A stretch of 53,003 bases of DNA from Deltaproteobacteria bacterium. GTDB taxonomy: Bacteria > Myxococcota_A > UBA9042 > PHBI01. The notes below the pieces were generated by a model, which did no database searches, was not told the DNA's origin, and saw nothing but the letters and a program-made list of their open reading frames with translations. Position numbers and translations under genes: made by a program. The DNA lies in assembly GCA_006226565.1 (NCBI GenBank), contig SBGO01000480.1, positions 1 to 53,003 of the forward strand. Direction: 5' to 3'. Positions 42,628 through 53,003 of the stretch are shown one piece after another (the stretch's first letter is position 1; each line of letters begins with the position of its first letter).

Positions 42628-43332
42628 TCAGGCAGGGCGCGGTCGCGTGGTGCGGTACTCGATCGGGTCCTCGTGGGTGGGCGCCTCGAAGACGCGCTGG
42701 ACGAAGATCCCGGGCAGGTGCACGTCGTCGGGGTCGATGGCCCCGACGGGCACGAGCTCGTCGACCTCGGCGATGGTGACGCGGCCGGCCATCGCCATCG
42801 CGAGCTGGAAGTTGCGGGTGGTCCCGCGGAACTGCAGGTTGCCATAGGCGTCGCCGCGGCGCGCGCGGATGAACGCCCAGTCGGCGGTGATGGCCTCCTC
42901 GAGGATCGCCCGGCGGCCGCCGATGACGCGCTCCTCCTTGCCCTCGGCGACGACGGTGCCGACGCCGGTCGGCGTGAAGAAGGCGGGGATCCCGGCGCCG
43001 CCGGCGCGGATCCGCTCGGCGAGCGTGCCCTGCGGGATGAGCTCGACTTCGACCTCGCCGGCGGCGTACTGCTCCTGGATGTCGGGGTTGCCGCCCATGA
43101 AGGAGCCCTTCCAGGCGCCCACCTGGTGGTTCTTCAGCAGCACGGCCAGGCCCTGGCCCTGGTTTCCGCAGTTGTTGCTGATGATGGTCAGGCGCTTCTT
43201 GCCGCTCGCGGCGAGGGCCTGGATGAGGTGCTCGGGGTTGCCGGAGAGGCCGAAGCCGCCGACGAGGACCGAGGCGCCGTCGGTGAGGTCGGCGATGGCG
43301 TGGGCGGCGTCGGGGACGACTTTCGAGGTCAT
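42628..43332 (-). CDS. scoA: 3-oxoacid CoA-transferase subunit A
   Basis: VGGFG, SNNCG, PQGTLAERIRAGGAGIP, VHLPGIFV. Confidence 0.9.
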   Translation of the reverse strand: MTSKVVPDAAHAIADLTDGASVLVGGFGLSGNPEHLIQALAASGKKRLTIISNNCGNQGQGLAVLLKNHQVGAWKGSFMGGNPDIQEQYAAGEVEVELIPQGTLAERIRAGGAGIPAFFTPTGVGTVVAEGKEERVIGGRRAILEEAITADWAFIRARRGDAYGNLQFRGTTRNFQLAMAMAGRVTIAEVDELVPVGAIDPDDVHLPGIFVQRVFEAPTHEDPIEYRTTRPRPA

Positions 43333-43596
43333 GGGCGATCTCCCGGAGGGCGGCGGGCTGCCGCGCGAGGCGCACGAGGTGCGGGGCCGATCTACTAGCA
43401 GCCGCGAGGGCGCGGGACAACGCGCATCGCCGTGGCGTCGGGCGGTCGCCGGGCGACGGAGCGGGATGCCCCCGCTCGGGCCGGTCCGCGCGCGGCGAAT
43501 AGCCAATTGTAACGCGGGTTCACGGGCTTGCGTGTTGCAACGCGGGAGGCCATCGCATAGCCTGACCCTCCGGTCCGTCCGTCCTCGGGGCTCTCC

Positions 43597-46167
43597 ATGT
43601 ACAGATTGTCAGCGCTCGCCATCGGGCTCGCGATCCTCGCGGCTTGCTCTCAGGGCGTCCCTGCGGACGGCCCCCAGGTCGCCATCAACGTCGCCCCGTT
43701 CGAGATCGACACCGTCACGAACGCCTCCTTTCGGCTGACGGTGCGGAACGCCGCCGACGAGCTCGTGTGGCAGCGGGACGTCGACGCGGATCGCTACGGC
43801 AACGGTCGCGGCTCGATCTCCTACGTGGGGCCGTGCGACGCCGACGCGAACCCGAACCGCGTCAGCGTCGAGGTCCTCGACCTCTTCATGGGCGCCAACG
43901 GCGACCAGCCGTTCGATACCAGCACCTACGGGCTCCCGGGCGAGATCACCCGCGAGGTCGACTGCGTTCCGAACCAGGACACGGCGGTCGAGTTCGACCT
44001 CACGATCCTCATCGACCCGCCCGACATGCCGGCGTTCCTGTCCGTCGGCATCGGCTTCGCCGACATCTTCTGCGCCGCCAAGCTCGACTGTCAGGACACC
44101 CACGGCGACCCGCTCAACCTCCTCCACCGCCCCGACGGCACGCGCGGGCGCACCGCGGTCGTCGCGCTCGCGTGCACGGCCGGCGCGGGCGCCGACACCG
44201 TGCTCTACCACGAGGACCTCGCCATCCACTGCGACGACGGCGCCGGGGGCGTGCTCGACGTGGCGGTCGACCCCTCGGCCGGGCCGGGCAACCTCACGGT
44301 CGGCGACGGCCTCAGCGGCGACGCCGGCGTCCTCTTCGGGGCGGCCGTCTACCGCGGCGACGAGCTCATCTCGAACTACAACAAGGCCTACTGGAACGTG
44401 CTCCTCGGCCTCGACGCCGGCGCCAAGGGGTGCGTCCTGACGACGACCGCCACGGCCTCCGACGGCCGCTGGGCGGGCGACGCCATCCCGGCCGGCACGG
44501 TCTGGCCCTACGTGGACTGGAACGTCCAGCTGACCGACACGAACGGCGACCTCGTCTGCACGCAGCACCCGCTCTTCGGTGTCGCGCCGAACGACGGCGT
44601 CAGCGCCCTCTACACCGACGGCAGCGTCGTCACCTGGTCCTACGTCTACCTGAGCGCCGCCGCCAGCGTCATCGCCAGCGGCCCCATCGTCGGCGCCCTG
44701 ACGAACGCGTCCCCCGGCGCCTGGCAGAACGGCGGCTACGCGGCCGCCTGCGACGGCTACCGCTTCCCGACCGACGGCCACGAGTACGCCGGCTCGACCG
44801 GCGACGGCGTCTACCGCGTCGACCCCGACGGCGACGCCGGCCCCATCGCGCCGTTCAACGTCTACTGCGACATGACGACGTCGGGCGGGGGCTGGACCCT
44901 CATCTCCCAGTCTCGCCCGTCGACGGACCCGGCCGAGAACCTGTGCGCGGTCGACGCCATCGGGACGATGGACGTCGACGCCGACACGGTGAGCGCCCCG
45001 GCGAAGCTCAGCGACGACGTCATCAACGCGCTCTGGGACACCGGCACCGAGCGCTGGGTGCTCGCCAAGGCCGACGTCGAGGGCACCGGCGCGACGGCGG
45101 TCTACGACGCCCAGTGCGCGCTCGACTTCAACAGCACCATGGTCTGGTCGTCCGCCCTCACCGCCGACGTCGCGGACCTCGACGGGCCGGCAGTCACCTG
45201 CTTCCAGGGCGGCCTGGGCACCAACGTCGTGACCGGCCTGTGGTCGTCGACCCTCGGCTGCGGATACACCTACCAGCTCAACGGCTCGACCCCGTACTAC
45301 TTCATCTTCCAGGCCAACAACAGCTACGTGGCGACCGGTGGGACCTGCTCGGGCACGTCGGGCCGCTCCTGGCTCTCGACCGGCAACTTCGGCTGCAACC
45401 TCGTCAAGACCTTCGTCCGCGGCGTCGCGCCCATCCCGCTCGCGGGCGCGCTGACCGCCGCCGACCCCGGGCGCTGGTCCGACGGCACCCTCGGCGCGTC
45501 GTGCAACGACTACCGGCGACCGGCGTCGGGCTACGCGCACCTCGGCTCGGTCCAGGACGGCGTCTACCGCGTCGATCCCGACGGGGACGCCGGCCCCATC
45601 GCGCCGTTCGAGGTCTACTGCGACATGACCACCGACGGCGGCGGCTGGACGCTGGTCGCTCAGTCCCGGCCCGTGGTCGACGCCGCGGCGACCCTCTGCA
45701 CGACGTCGGCCGTCGGCAGCCTCGACCTCGACGCCGCCACCGTCGCCGCGCCGGCCAAGCTCAGCGACTCCCTCATCAACAGCCTCTGGGCGACCAGCAC
45801 CGAGCGCAAGGTCCTCGCCCAGGGCGACACCGACGCGACCGGGACCACCGCGGTCTACGACCGGAAGTGCGAGCTCGACTTCACGCTCGGCTACAACTGG
45901 ACCTCCGCCGCCGGCGACACCTCGCTCGCGAACCTCGACACGAACGTCGTCAAGTGCGCCCTCGGCGCCCTCGGCGACAACGTCATCGACGCGGTGTGGG
46001 CGAGCGGCTGCGGCTACGGCTACCGCATCGACTCGACGTCGGCGTTCTACTTCAACTACTCGATCGGCACGACGTACAGCGGCGGCGCCTGCACCGGCAA
46101 CGCGGGGCGCTCGTGGCTGTCGACCGGCAACTACGGGTGCAACGTCATCAAGACCTTCATCCGCTAG
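43597..46167 (+). CDS. Secreted lipoprotein with two tandem fibrinogen-like (YCDMxxxGGGW) domains
   Basis: ILAAC lipobox; Cys-rich N-terminal domain; two copies of [10 protein letters not shown]...VYCDMTTxGGGWTL...GCNxxKTFxR. Confidence 0.85.
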   Translation: MYRLSALAIGLAILAACSQGVPADGPQVAINVAPFEIDTVTNASFRLTVRNAADELVWQRDVDADRYGNGRGSISYVGPCDADANPNRVSVEVLDLFMGANGDQPFDTSTYGLPGEITREVDCVPNQDTAVEFDLTILIDPPDMPAFLSVGIGFADIFCAAKLDCQDTHGDPLNLLHRPDGTRGRTAVVALACTAGAGADTVLYHEDLAIHCDDGAGGVLDVAVDPSAGPGNLTVGDGLSGDAGVLFGAAVYRGDELISNYNKAYWNVLLGLDAGAKGCVLTTTATASDGRWAGDAIPAGTVWPYVDWNVQLTDTNGDLVCTQHPLFGVAPNDGVSALYTDGSVVTWSYVYLSAAASVIASGPIVGALTNASPGAWQNGGYAAACDGYRFPTDGHEYAGSTGDGVYRVDPDGDAGPIAPFNVYCDMTTSGGGWTLISQSRPSTDPAENLCAVDAIGTMDVDADTVSAPAKLSDDVINALWDTGTERWVLAKADVEGTGATAVYDAQCALDFNSTMVWSSALTADVADLDGPAVTCFQGGLGTNVVTGLWSSTLGCGYTYQLNGSTPYYFIFQANNSYVATGGTCSGTSGRSWLSTGNFGCNLVKTFVRGVAPIPLAGALTAADPGRWSDGTLGASCNDYRRPASGYAHLGSVQDGVYRVDPDGDAGPIAPFEVYCDMTTDGGGWTLVAQSRPVVDAAATLCTTSAVGSLDLDAATVAAPAKLSDSLINSLWATSTERKVLAQGDTDATGTTAVYDRKCELDFTLGYNWTSAAGDTSLANLDTNVVKCALGALGDNVIDAVWASGCGYGYRIDSTSAFYFNYSIGTTYSGGACTGNAGRSWLSTGNYGCNVIKTFIR

Positions 46168-46262
46168 CGCGCGGGGCCCCGCGCGCGCGGCGCGACGAGA
46201 GGCTCCCGTCCGCCCCGGGCGGTGTGCTAAGGTCCGCCCGACCGCATAGACCGAGGTACACG

Positions 46263-47912
46263 ATGGCGCAGCGCAAGGACGACAGCAGCGAGGTCGCGGC
46301 CTACCGCGAGGCGATCCGCGGCGAGCGGCTCCGAAAGGACCGCTTCGAGACCATGTCGGGGCTGCCCATCGAGGCGCTCTACGGGCCCGACGACGTCGAC
46401 CCCGAGATCGGCGTCCCCGGCGGCTTCCCGTACACCCGCGGGCCGTACCCCACGATGTACCGCGGGCGCCTCTGGACGATGCGGATGTTCGCGGGCTTCG
46501 GCTCGCCCGAGGACACCAACCGCCGCTTCAAGTACCTCCTCGAGCACGGCCAGACCGGCCTCTCGACGGCCTTCGACATGCCCACGCTCATGGGCTACGA
46601 CCCCGACCACCCGCTCTCCGCCGGCGAGGTCGGCCGCGAGGGCGTGAGCGTCGCCTGCCTCGACGACATGCGCCGCCTCTTCGCCGGCATCCCGGTGGAC
46701 CAGGTCACCACCTCGATGACCATCAACGGGCCGGCCATCGTGGCGCTCGCGATGTACTTCGCCGTCGCCGAGGAGCAGGGCGTGCCGCTGACCAAGGTCG
46801 GGGGCACCATCCAGACCGACATCCTCAAGGAGTTCATCGCCCAGAAGGAGTGGATCAGCCCGCCGCGCCCGAGCATGCGCATCGTGGCGGACATGATGGT
46901 CTTCTGCGCGAAGAACGCGCCCAAGTGGCACCCCATCAGCATCTCCGGCTACCACATCCGCGAGGCCGGGGCGACGGCGGTGCAGGAGCTCGCCTTCACC
47001 CTCGCCGACGGCATCGGGTACGTGCAGGCCGGCATCGACGCCGGGCTCGACGTCGACGAGTTCGCGCCGCGCCTCTCCTTCTTCTGGGACGTCCACAACG
47101 ACTTCTTCGAGGAGATCGCCAAGTTCCGCGCCGCGCGCCGCATCTGGGCCCACGTCATGCGCGAGCGCTTCGGGGCGAAGAACCCGCACTCGTGGCGCCT
47201 GAGGACCCACGCCCAGACCGCCGGCGTCAGCCTCACCGCGCAGCAGCCGCTGAACAACGTGGCGCGCGTGGCCATCCAGGCGCTCGCGGCGGTCCTCGGC
47301 GGGACGCAGTCGCTCCACACCAACAGCATGGACGAGACCTACGCCCTGCCCACCGAGGGCGCGGTGAAGGTGGCGCTCCGCACGCAGCAGATCATCGCCG
47401 AGGAGACCGGCGTCGCCGAGGTCGTCGACCCCCTGGCCGGGAGCTGGTTCGTCGAGGACCTCACCGACCGCATGGAGGCCGAGGCGATGCGCTACATCGA
47501 CAAGATCGACGAGCTCGGCGGCATCGTCCGGGCGGTCGAGCTCGGCTACCCCCAGCGCGAGATCGCCGACAGCGCCTTCGAGGACCAGCAGAAGGTCGAG
47601 CGGGGCGAGCGCGTGATCGTCGGCCTGAACAAGTACATCGACGAGGACGCCTCCGGCGCGGGCGCCATCCCGACGCTCAAGATCGACGCGGAGGTCGAGC
47701 GGGCCCAGCGCGAGCGCATCGTGAGCCTGAAGCGGACCCGCGACGCCGAGAAGGCCGCGGCGGGGATCGCGGCGGTGCGGCGGGCCTGCGAGACCGGCGA
47801 CAACCTCATGCCGCCCATCATCGAAGCGGTGAAGGCGGACGTCACTCTCGGCGAGGTCTGCGACGTCTTCCGCGAGGTGTTTGGGGTGTACCGCGACCCG
47901 GTGTTCGTGTAG
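46263..47912 (+). CDS. Methylmalonyl-CoA mutase family, large (substrate-binding) subunit
   Basis: [33 protein letters not shown]; no B12-binding domain. Confidence 0.92.
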   Translation: MAQRKDDSSEVAAYREAIRGERLRKDRFETMSGLPIEALYGPDDVDPEIGVPGGFPYTRGPYPTMYRGRLWTMRMFAGFGSPEDTNRRFKYLLEHGQTGLSTAFDMPTLMGYDPDHPLSAGEVGREGVSVACLDDMRRLFAGIPVDQVTTSMTINGPAIVALAMYFAVAEEQGVPLTKVGGTIQTDILKEFIAQKEWISPPRPSMRIVADMMVFCAKNAPKWHPISISGYHIREAGATAVQELAFTLADGIGYVQAGIDAGLDVDEFAPRLSFFWDVHNDFFEEIAKFRAARRIWAHVMRERFGAKNPHSWRLRTHAQTAGVSLTAQQPLNNVARVAIQALAAVLGGTQSLHTNSMDETYALPTEGAVKVALRTQQIIAEETGVAEVVDPLAGSWFVEDLTDRMEAEAMRYIDKIDELGGIVRAVELGYPQREIADSAFEDQQKVERGERVIVGLNKYIDEDASGAGAIPTLKIDAEVERAQRERIVSLKRTRDAEKAAAGIAAVRRACETGDNLMPPIIEAVKADVTLGEVCDVFREVFGVYRDPVFV

Positions 47913-47927
47913 CTTTCCGCCCATCAA

Positions 47928-48004
47928 CGGGGCGTAGCGCAGTCTGGTAGCGCGCCAGCTTTGGGAGCTGGATGTCGCAGGTTCGAATCCTGCCGCCCCG
48001 ACCA
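47928..48004 (+). tRNA. tRNA-Pro(TGG)
   Basis: CGGGGCG acceptor, CCAGC-TTTGGGA-GCTGG anticodon arm, GTTCGAATC, CCA. Confidence 0.97.
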
Positions 48005-48032
48005 TTCCTCCCTCGGCTCCGTGAGGTGACGC

Positions 48033-48500
48033 ATGTCCGCCCTCCGCATCGCGCTCGTTCTGGCCGTCACGTGGGGGGGGCTGGGGATGGGCGCGGCCTG
48101 TGGAGGCAAGGACGAGCCGGAGCCGGTGGCCCCGGCGGATCCGGCCGTCGCGGTCGCCCCCGCCGAGCCCGCGCGGGCGCCCAGGCCGCACCCCGAGACC
48201 GAAGAAGCGCTCGTGGGCGCCTTCACCGACGCCCTCGAGGCGCGGGATCTGGACGCGCTGAGCAAGCTCGCCGCGCCCGAGCTGGCCGCGGACCTGCGGC
48301 GGATGCACGGGCAGGACGCCGGCGCCTTCTGGAGCCGCGGCCAGCAGTGGATCGACAACGTGCGGAGCGGCTTCGAGATCCGCGCGCGGCAGGAGGACAA
48401 GACCGACCACTGGCGGGCGCTCCTGCACTTCGAGAACGGCAACGAGGAGACCGTGCAGTTCTCGAAGGTCGAGGGGAAGCTGGTCTTCCTCGCGCTGTAG
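48033..48500 (+). CDS. Hypothetical lipoprotein
   Basis: Signal ending AACGG, GAGGTG RBS. Confidence 0.7.
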   Translation: MSALRIALVLAVTWGGLGMGAACGGKDEPEPVAPADPAVAVAPAEPARAPRPHPETEEALVGAFTDALEARDLDALSKLAAPELAADLRRMHGQDAGAFWSRGQQWIDNVRSGFEIRARQEDKTDHWRALLHFENGNEETVQFSKVEGKLVFLAL

Positions 48501-48539
48501 CGCCCGAGCGCGGGGTGACCCCGCGCTCGCCGGGTCGGG

Positions 48540-49910
48540 TCAGGTCCCCGCGACCGTCATCTGCGCGATGCGGAGCGACGGCGCGCTGGTGCCGCGCCGC
48601 GGGTCACGGTCGTTGGCCAGGGCGTCGATGCTGGCCCACATGCGCGGGAGGGTCGACGCGATGGTCGCCTCGTGGACGGGGTAGGCGAGGGCGCCGTCCT
48701 CGATCCACATGCCGACGACCCCCTGGCTGTAGTCCCCGGTGACCGTGTTGACGCCGAAGCCCGAGGTCTCGGTGACGAGCAGGCCCTGCTTCACGCCGCC
48801 GATGAGCTCCTCGAAGGAGAGCGCGCCGTTGTCCATCCAGAAGTTGCTGGCGCCGGGGCTGGGCGTGCTGGCGAGCCCGCGGCGCGCGCCCCGGGTGGAG
48901 GCGAGGCCGAGCTTCTTGCCGGTGTAGGTGTCGAGGAGGTACGAGGCGAGGACGCCGCCCTCGATGATCCGGGTGGGCCGCGTGGCCAGCCCCTCGGCGT
49001 CGAAGGTGCGCGAGCCGGGGCCGCGCGGGATGTGGGGGTTGTCGACGACGTTGACGAAGCTCGGCGCGAGCGTCTCGCCGAGCTTGTCGCAGAGGTAGCT
49101 CGCGTCCTTGTAGAGAGCGCTGCCGCTGATGGCGCCGGCCAGCGAGCCGAGCAGGCTCGAGGCGATGGGGGCCTCGAAGATGACCGGCACCTGGCAGGTG
49201 GCGGGCTTCTTCGCGCCGAGCCGGCGCAGGGTCCGGCGGGCGGCCTCGCGGCCGACGGCCTCGGCCGCGTCCGAGCCGAGATCCTCGAGGTGGCGGGCGC
49301 TGGTCCACCAGTAGTCGCGCTGCTTCTCGTCGCCGTCCTCGGCGACCGGCGTCGTCCACAGGGACACCGAGGACGAGCGGCGCGTGCGGTAGACGCCGAG
49401 GCTGTTGGCGAAGTGGAGGGCGCTGTGGCCCCAGCTCATCTCGGCGCCCTCGGAGTTCTTGAGGCGCGGGTCCTGGGCCAGGGAGATGGCCTCGGTCTCA
49501 CGGGCCAGCGCGATGGCGCGCTCGGCGTCGAAGCCGACGAGGTCGTCGTCGTAGAGGTCGAGGGCGAGGTCCGTCAGCGGCTCGTCGAAGAGCGCCGCGT
49601 CCGGGAGGCCGGAGAAGGGATCCTCGGCGGTCACGCGCGCGGCCGCCACGGTCCGCTGGATGAGCGCCGTGATGGCGGCCTCGCTGAGGTCGCTGGTGCT
49701 CGTCGTGGCGCTCCGGTTGCCGACGAAGACGCGGACGCCGACGCCCTTGTCGCGGGCCTGGCTGACCTTCTCGGTCTCTCCGAGGCGGACGCGCACGCTG
49801 GCCGAGCGGCCGGTGATGAAGAGGCCGTCCGCGGCGGTCGCGCCGGCCTGCTTCGCGGTTTCGAGGACGTAGGCGAGGAGCGCCTGGGGATCGGCGCCGA
49901 GATCGCTCAT
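48540..49910 (-). CDS. pmbA: TldE/PmbA metalloprotease subunit
   Basis: FDAEG, GVNTVTGDYS, follows tldD, lacks HExxxH. Confidence 0.9.
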   Translation of the reverse strand: MSDLGADPQALLAYVLETAKQAGATAADGLFITGRSASVRVRLGETEKVSQARDKGVGVRVFVGNRSATTSTSDLSEAAITALIQRTVAAARVTAEDPFSGLPDAALFDEPLTDLALDLYDDDLVGFDAERAIALARETEAISLAQDPRLKNSEGAEMSWGHSALHFANSLGVYRTRRSSSVSLWTTPVAEDGDEKQRDYWWTSARHLEDLGSDAAEAVGREAARRTLRRLGAKKPATCQVPVIFEAPIASSLLGSLAGAISGSALYKDASYLCDKLGETLAPSFVNVVDNPHIPRGPGSRTFDAEGLATRPTRIIEGGVLASYLLDTYTGKKLGLASTRGARRGLASTPSPGASNFWMDNGALSFEELIGGVKQGLLVTETSGFGVNTVTGDYSQGVVGMWIEDGALAYPVHEATIASTLPRMWASIDALANDRDPRRGTSAPSLRIAQMTVAGT

Positions 49911-49941
49911 GGCTCTTGCCTCCGAGGGCGGGGGGCGCGGT

Positions 49942-51393
49942 TCAGACGGCGACGCCGCCCACGGTGAGGTTGTTGACGCGGATGGTCGGCATGCCGACGC
50001 CGACGGGGACCGACTGCCCGGCCTTGCCGCAGGTGCCGATGCCGGTGTCGAGGGCGAGGTCGTGGCCGACGGCGGCGACGCGCTTGAGGACGTCGGGGCC
50101 GTTGCCGATGAAGGTCGCGCCCTTGACGGGGGCGGTGACCTTGCCGTCCTCGATGAGGTAGGCCTCGGACCCGCTGAAGGTGAACTTGCCGCTCGTGATG
50201 TCGACCTGGCCGCCGCCGAAGGAGACGGCGTAGATGCCGCGCTTGACGCCCTTGAGGATCTCCTCGGGGTCGTCCTGGCCGGCGAGCATGAAGGTGTTGG
50301 TCATGCGCGGCATCGGGATGGAGGCGTAGGACTCGCGGCGGCCGTTGCCGGTCGGCGCCATGCCCATCAGGCGGGCGTTCATGCGGTCCTGCATGTAGCC
50401 GCGGAGCACGCCGTTCTCGATGAGGACGGTGCGCGTCGTCGGCGTGCCTTCGTCGTCGACGTTGAGGCTGCCGCGGCGGCCGGGGAGGGTGCCGTCGTCG
50501 ATGACGGTGACCAGGGGGCTGGCGACCTCCTTGCCGATGAGGCCGGTGAAGGCGCTGGTCCCCTTGCGGTTGAAGTCGCCCTCGAGCCCGTGGCCGACGG
50601 CCTCGTGGAGGAGGATGCCGGGCCAGCCGGGGCCGAGCACGACGTCCATGGTGCCGGCGGGGGAGTCGATGGCGTCGAGCTTCAGGACGGCCTGGCGCGC
50701 CGCCTCGGTGACGAAGGCCTGCCAGCGGTCGTCCTCGAGGAACCAGGCGTAGGCGTGGCGCCCGCCGCCGCCCCACGAGCCGACCTGGCGGTTCTGGCCG
50801 TCGACCGCGATGCAGGCGACGCTCAGGCGCGCGAGGGGGCGGACGTCGACGGTGATGCGGCCGTCGCGGTCGACCATGACGACGGTCTTGCGCTCGCTGA
50901 CGAAGCTCGCCTGGACCTGCTTGATGCGCGGGTCGTAGGCGCGGGCGGCGACGTCGATGCGGCTCAGGAGGTCGAGCTTGGTCTCGAGGGGCTCCTCGGT
51001 GGCGTCGGCGACGACCGGGTAGAGGTCGTGACCCGTGCGGGCGCCGGCCACGGCGATCGCGCGCGAGGGGCCGCCGCTCTGGGCGATGGCCCGGGCGGCC
51101 TGGGCGGCCTCGAGGAGGCGGGCGCCGTCGATCTCGTCGGAGTGGGCGTAGCCGGTCTTGTCGCCGGCGACGGCGCGCACCCCGACGCCCTGGTGGATGG
51201 AGCGCGCGGCCTTCTTGACGAGCCCCTCGTCGAGGGCGATCGACTCGGCCTCGACGTGCTCGAGGTAGAGGTCGCCGTCGTCGAGGCGGTGCCCGAGGAG
51301 CGCCTCGAGGGTCTTCGACAGCGCGCCTTCGTCCACGCCGAAGCGCGTCAGCGCGGCGTCGACGCCGGTTCGTGGAGTGCTGGTCTCCGTCAC
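49942..51393 (-). CDS. tldD: Metalloprotease TldD
   Basis: HEAVGHGLEGD, PRMTNT, CGKAGQ. Confidence 0.95.
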   Translation of the reverse strand: MTETSTPRTGVDAALTRFGVDEGALSKTLEALLGHRLDDGDLYLEHVEAESIALDEGLVKKAARSIHQGVGVRAVAGDKTGYAHSDEIDGARLLEAAQAARAIAQSGGPSRAIAVAGARTGHDLYPVVADATEEPLETKLDLLSRIDVAARAYDPRIKQVQASFVSERKTVVMVDRDGRITVDVRPLARLSVACIAVDGQNRQVGSWGGGGRHAYAWFLEDDRWQAFVTEAARQAVLKLDAIDSPAGTMDVVLGPGWPGILLHEAVGHGLEGDFNRKGTSAFTGLIGKEVASPLVTVIDDGTLPGRRGSLNVDDEGTPTTRTVLIENGVLRGYMQDRMNARLMGMAPTGNGRRESYASIPMPRMTNTFMLAGQDDPEEILKGVKRGIYAVSFGGGQVDITSGKFTFSGSEAYLIEDGKVTAPVKGATFIGNGPDVLKRVAAVGHDLALDTGIGTCGKAGQSVPVGVGMPTIRVNNLTVGGVAV

Positions 51394-51506
51394 GCTCACT
51401 CTCCTGTGTCGCGCGGAAGTTGTGCTATACGCGGGCGCCAGACTAACGGCGTCGCGTCCCCACGCCAAGCCGACGGACGCGAGCCAGGACCGGATCGGAG
51501 CGAGCC

Positions 51507-52166
51507 ATGAAGCGCACCCTCGTCGTCGCCACCGGCAACCCGCACAAGCGGGCCGAGATCGCGGCCATGCTGGAGCCCTACCACGTCGCGGTGACGACCG
51601 CGCGCGAGCACGGCCTCGGCGACGTCGAGGAGACCGGCGCGACCTTCGAGGAGAACGCGCTCCTCAAGGCGATCGCGGGCTTCCGTCACACGGGGCTGCC
51701 GTGCCTCGCGGACGACTCGGGGCTGCTCGTCGACGCCCTCGACGGGGCGCCCGGGGTCTACTCGGCCCGCTACGCCGGCGCGGACGCGACCGACGCCGAC
51801 AACAACGCGCTGCTCATCTCGCGGCTCGTCGACGTGCCGGCCGAGCGGCGCGGGGCGCGCTTCGCCTCGAACGTGGCGCTGGTGCTGCCGGCGGCGCTCG
51901 CGGTGGGTGTCCCGGACGGGCCGTGGCGGCGCCACGACGTCGACGCGGAGGCGGTCGCCTTCACCGTGGAGGGCACCGTCCCGGGGCGCATCATCGACGA
52001 CGCCCGCGGGGCGGCGGGCTTCGGCTACGATCCGCACTTCCTCTACGAGCCGGCCGGGCGGACCTTCGCCGAGCTCGCCTCCCACGAGAAGCACGCCATC
52101 AGCCACCGCGGTCAGGCGATGGCGATGATGGGCGAGCTCTTCCGGGCGGTCTTCGGGCACGCCTGA
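51507..52166 (+). CDS. rdgB: Non-canonical purine NTP pyrophosphatase (Ham1 family)
   Basis: ATGNPHK, ADDSGL, PGVYSARY, FGYDP, SHR. Confidence 0.92.
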   Translation: MKRTLVVATGNPHKRAEIAAMLEPYHVAVTTAREHGLGDVEETGATFEENALLKAIAGFRHTGLPCLADDSGLLVDALDGAPGVYSARYAGADATDADNNALLISRLVDVPAERRGARFASNVALVLPAALAVGVPDGPWRRHDVDAEAVAFTVEGTVPGRIIDDARGAAGFGYDPHFLYEPAGRTFAELASHEKHAISHRGQAMAMMGELFRAVFGHA

Positions 52167-52507
52167 GGGCACGGCGAGGCGCGGCCCGAGCGCGTCCGGG
52201 ACGGGTGGCACAGCCGCTGTGTCATCCGCTGGGGCTCCGGGTCTCCATCAGGAGGGTCCACCGACCCCGGGGGGAAGGCTCCGTCGTCGTCCGGTCGGCC
52301 GGAAGTGGCCGAAATTCGGCGCGGTGGGCGCCCGGATCGGCGTTGGCACGCAACTTGTTGTGGGCGAAGCCCACCCTGGGTGGGGGTGCGTTTCGCGCGT
52401 TCGCCGGTGAGGGGCGGCTTGGTCGAGGGAGGCCACGCGCGGCGCCGCGCGAGGAGGCGGCGCCGCACGGGGGGCAGGCGAGGGGCGGCTGCACCCTCGC
52501 GTGTGGG

Positions 52508-53002
52508 CTACTTGGCGGACTGGAAGACGAAGGGCCAGCGGACGAGGCAGCGGCCGCCGTCGGGCTTGCCGAAGCGCATCCGGCCGATGGCCTTGGTGAT
52601 GCAGCTCGACACGCGCTCGTTCTTCAGCGTCGCCGCGCCGACGCGGACGTTCTTGACGCTGCCGTCGAGCTCGATGGTGAAGGTCACCGGGAGCTTGCCC
52701 GAGAGGTCGGGGATGACGCGCAGCTGCGACTCGTAGCAGAAGCGGAACGAGTGCTTCTCGCGCGCCATGTTCGCCTGGATGTCGCGGGTGTTGCAGAACT
52801 CCGGCGACGGCGGCGGCTCGGCGGGCTTGACCTCCTTGGGGGCGCGCTCGACCGGCTTGTCGCTGAGGCCGCGCGAGGACGGGACGGCGATGGCCGAGAA
52901 GGCGACCGCGACGCCGGTCGGGCACTGAACGGCGGCGCCACCGGCCGCGGCGGTGGGGCAGCTCGCGCCGGGCCAGAGGGCGTCGGCCTCGGCGACGGCC
53001 GT
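52508..53002 (-). CDS. AgmX/PglI (TonB-like) C-terminal domain protein, 5'-partial
   Basis: FRFCYE...LSGK...FTI...G.V...CI...F..P.GG...WPFVF; the frame stays open to the window edge. Confidence 0.75.
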   Translation of the reverse strand, partial: TAVAEADALWPGASCPTAAAGGAAVQCPTGVAVAFSAIAVPSSRGLSDKPVERAPKEVKPAEPPPSPEFCNTRDIQANMAREKHSFRFCYESQLRVIPDLSGKLPVTFTIELDGSVKNVRVGAATLKNERVSSCITKAIGRMRFGKPDGGRCLVRWPFVFQSAK

Positions 53003-53003
53003 G

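Noticed and set aside
44690-46167. DGR template/variable repeat pair
   Set aside because: Both copies are in-frame coding domains, differences are not adenine-specific, and no reverse transcriptase is present

Overview
Very GC-rich bacterial chromosome segment, most consistent with a Myxococcota-type organism (AgmX/PglI-like C-terminal domain, triple-DsbA lipoprotein, PP2C-cNMP fusion). Housekeeping flanks carry a 6S RNA, three tRNAs, proC, scoA/scoB, metH, ppc, a methylmalonyl-CoA mutase large subunit, tldD/pmbA and rdgB. The main accessory feature is an ~18.3 kb element integrated in the 3' end of tRNA-Leu(CAG), bounded by a perfect 63-bp direct repeat (8070-8132 / 26440-26502). Its backbone is an Xis/AlpA-like HTH, a DnaB_N+AAA_25 helicase, an orphan putative Rep, three iterons at 22-bp periodicity, and a tyrosine integrase that reads into the att core. 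No phage structural or conjugation genes are visible. Its cargo is defence-type: a type I R-M system whose HsdM has an unusual ~210-aa DUF1257-like C-terminal fusion, Mrr, and an uncharacterised two-gene cassette with its own promoter (OST-HTH/LOTUS-like protein + RelE-like-motif protein), the best candidate for an undescribed anti-phage system. All domain calls are by eye from motifs; no database searches were run.
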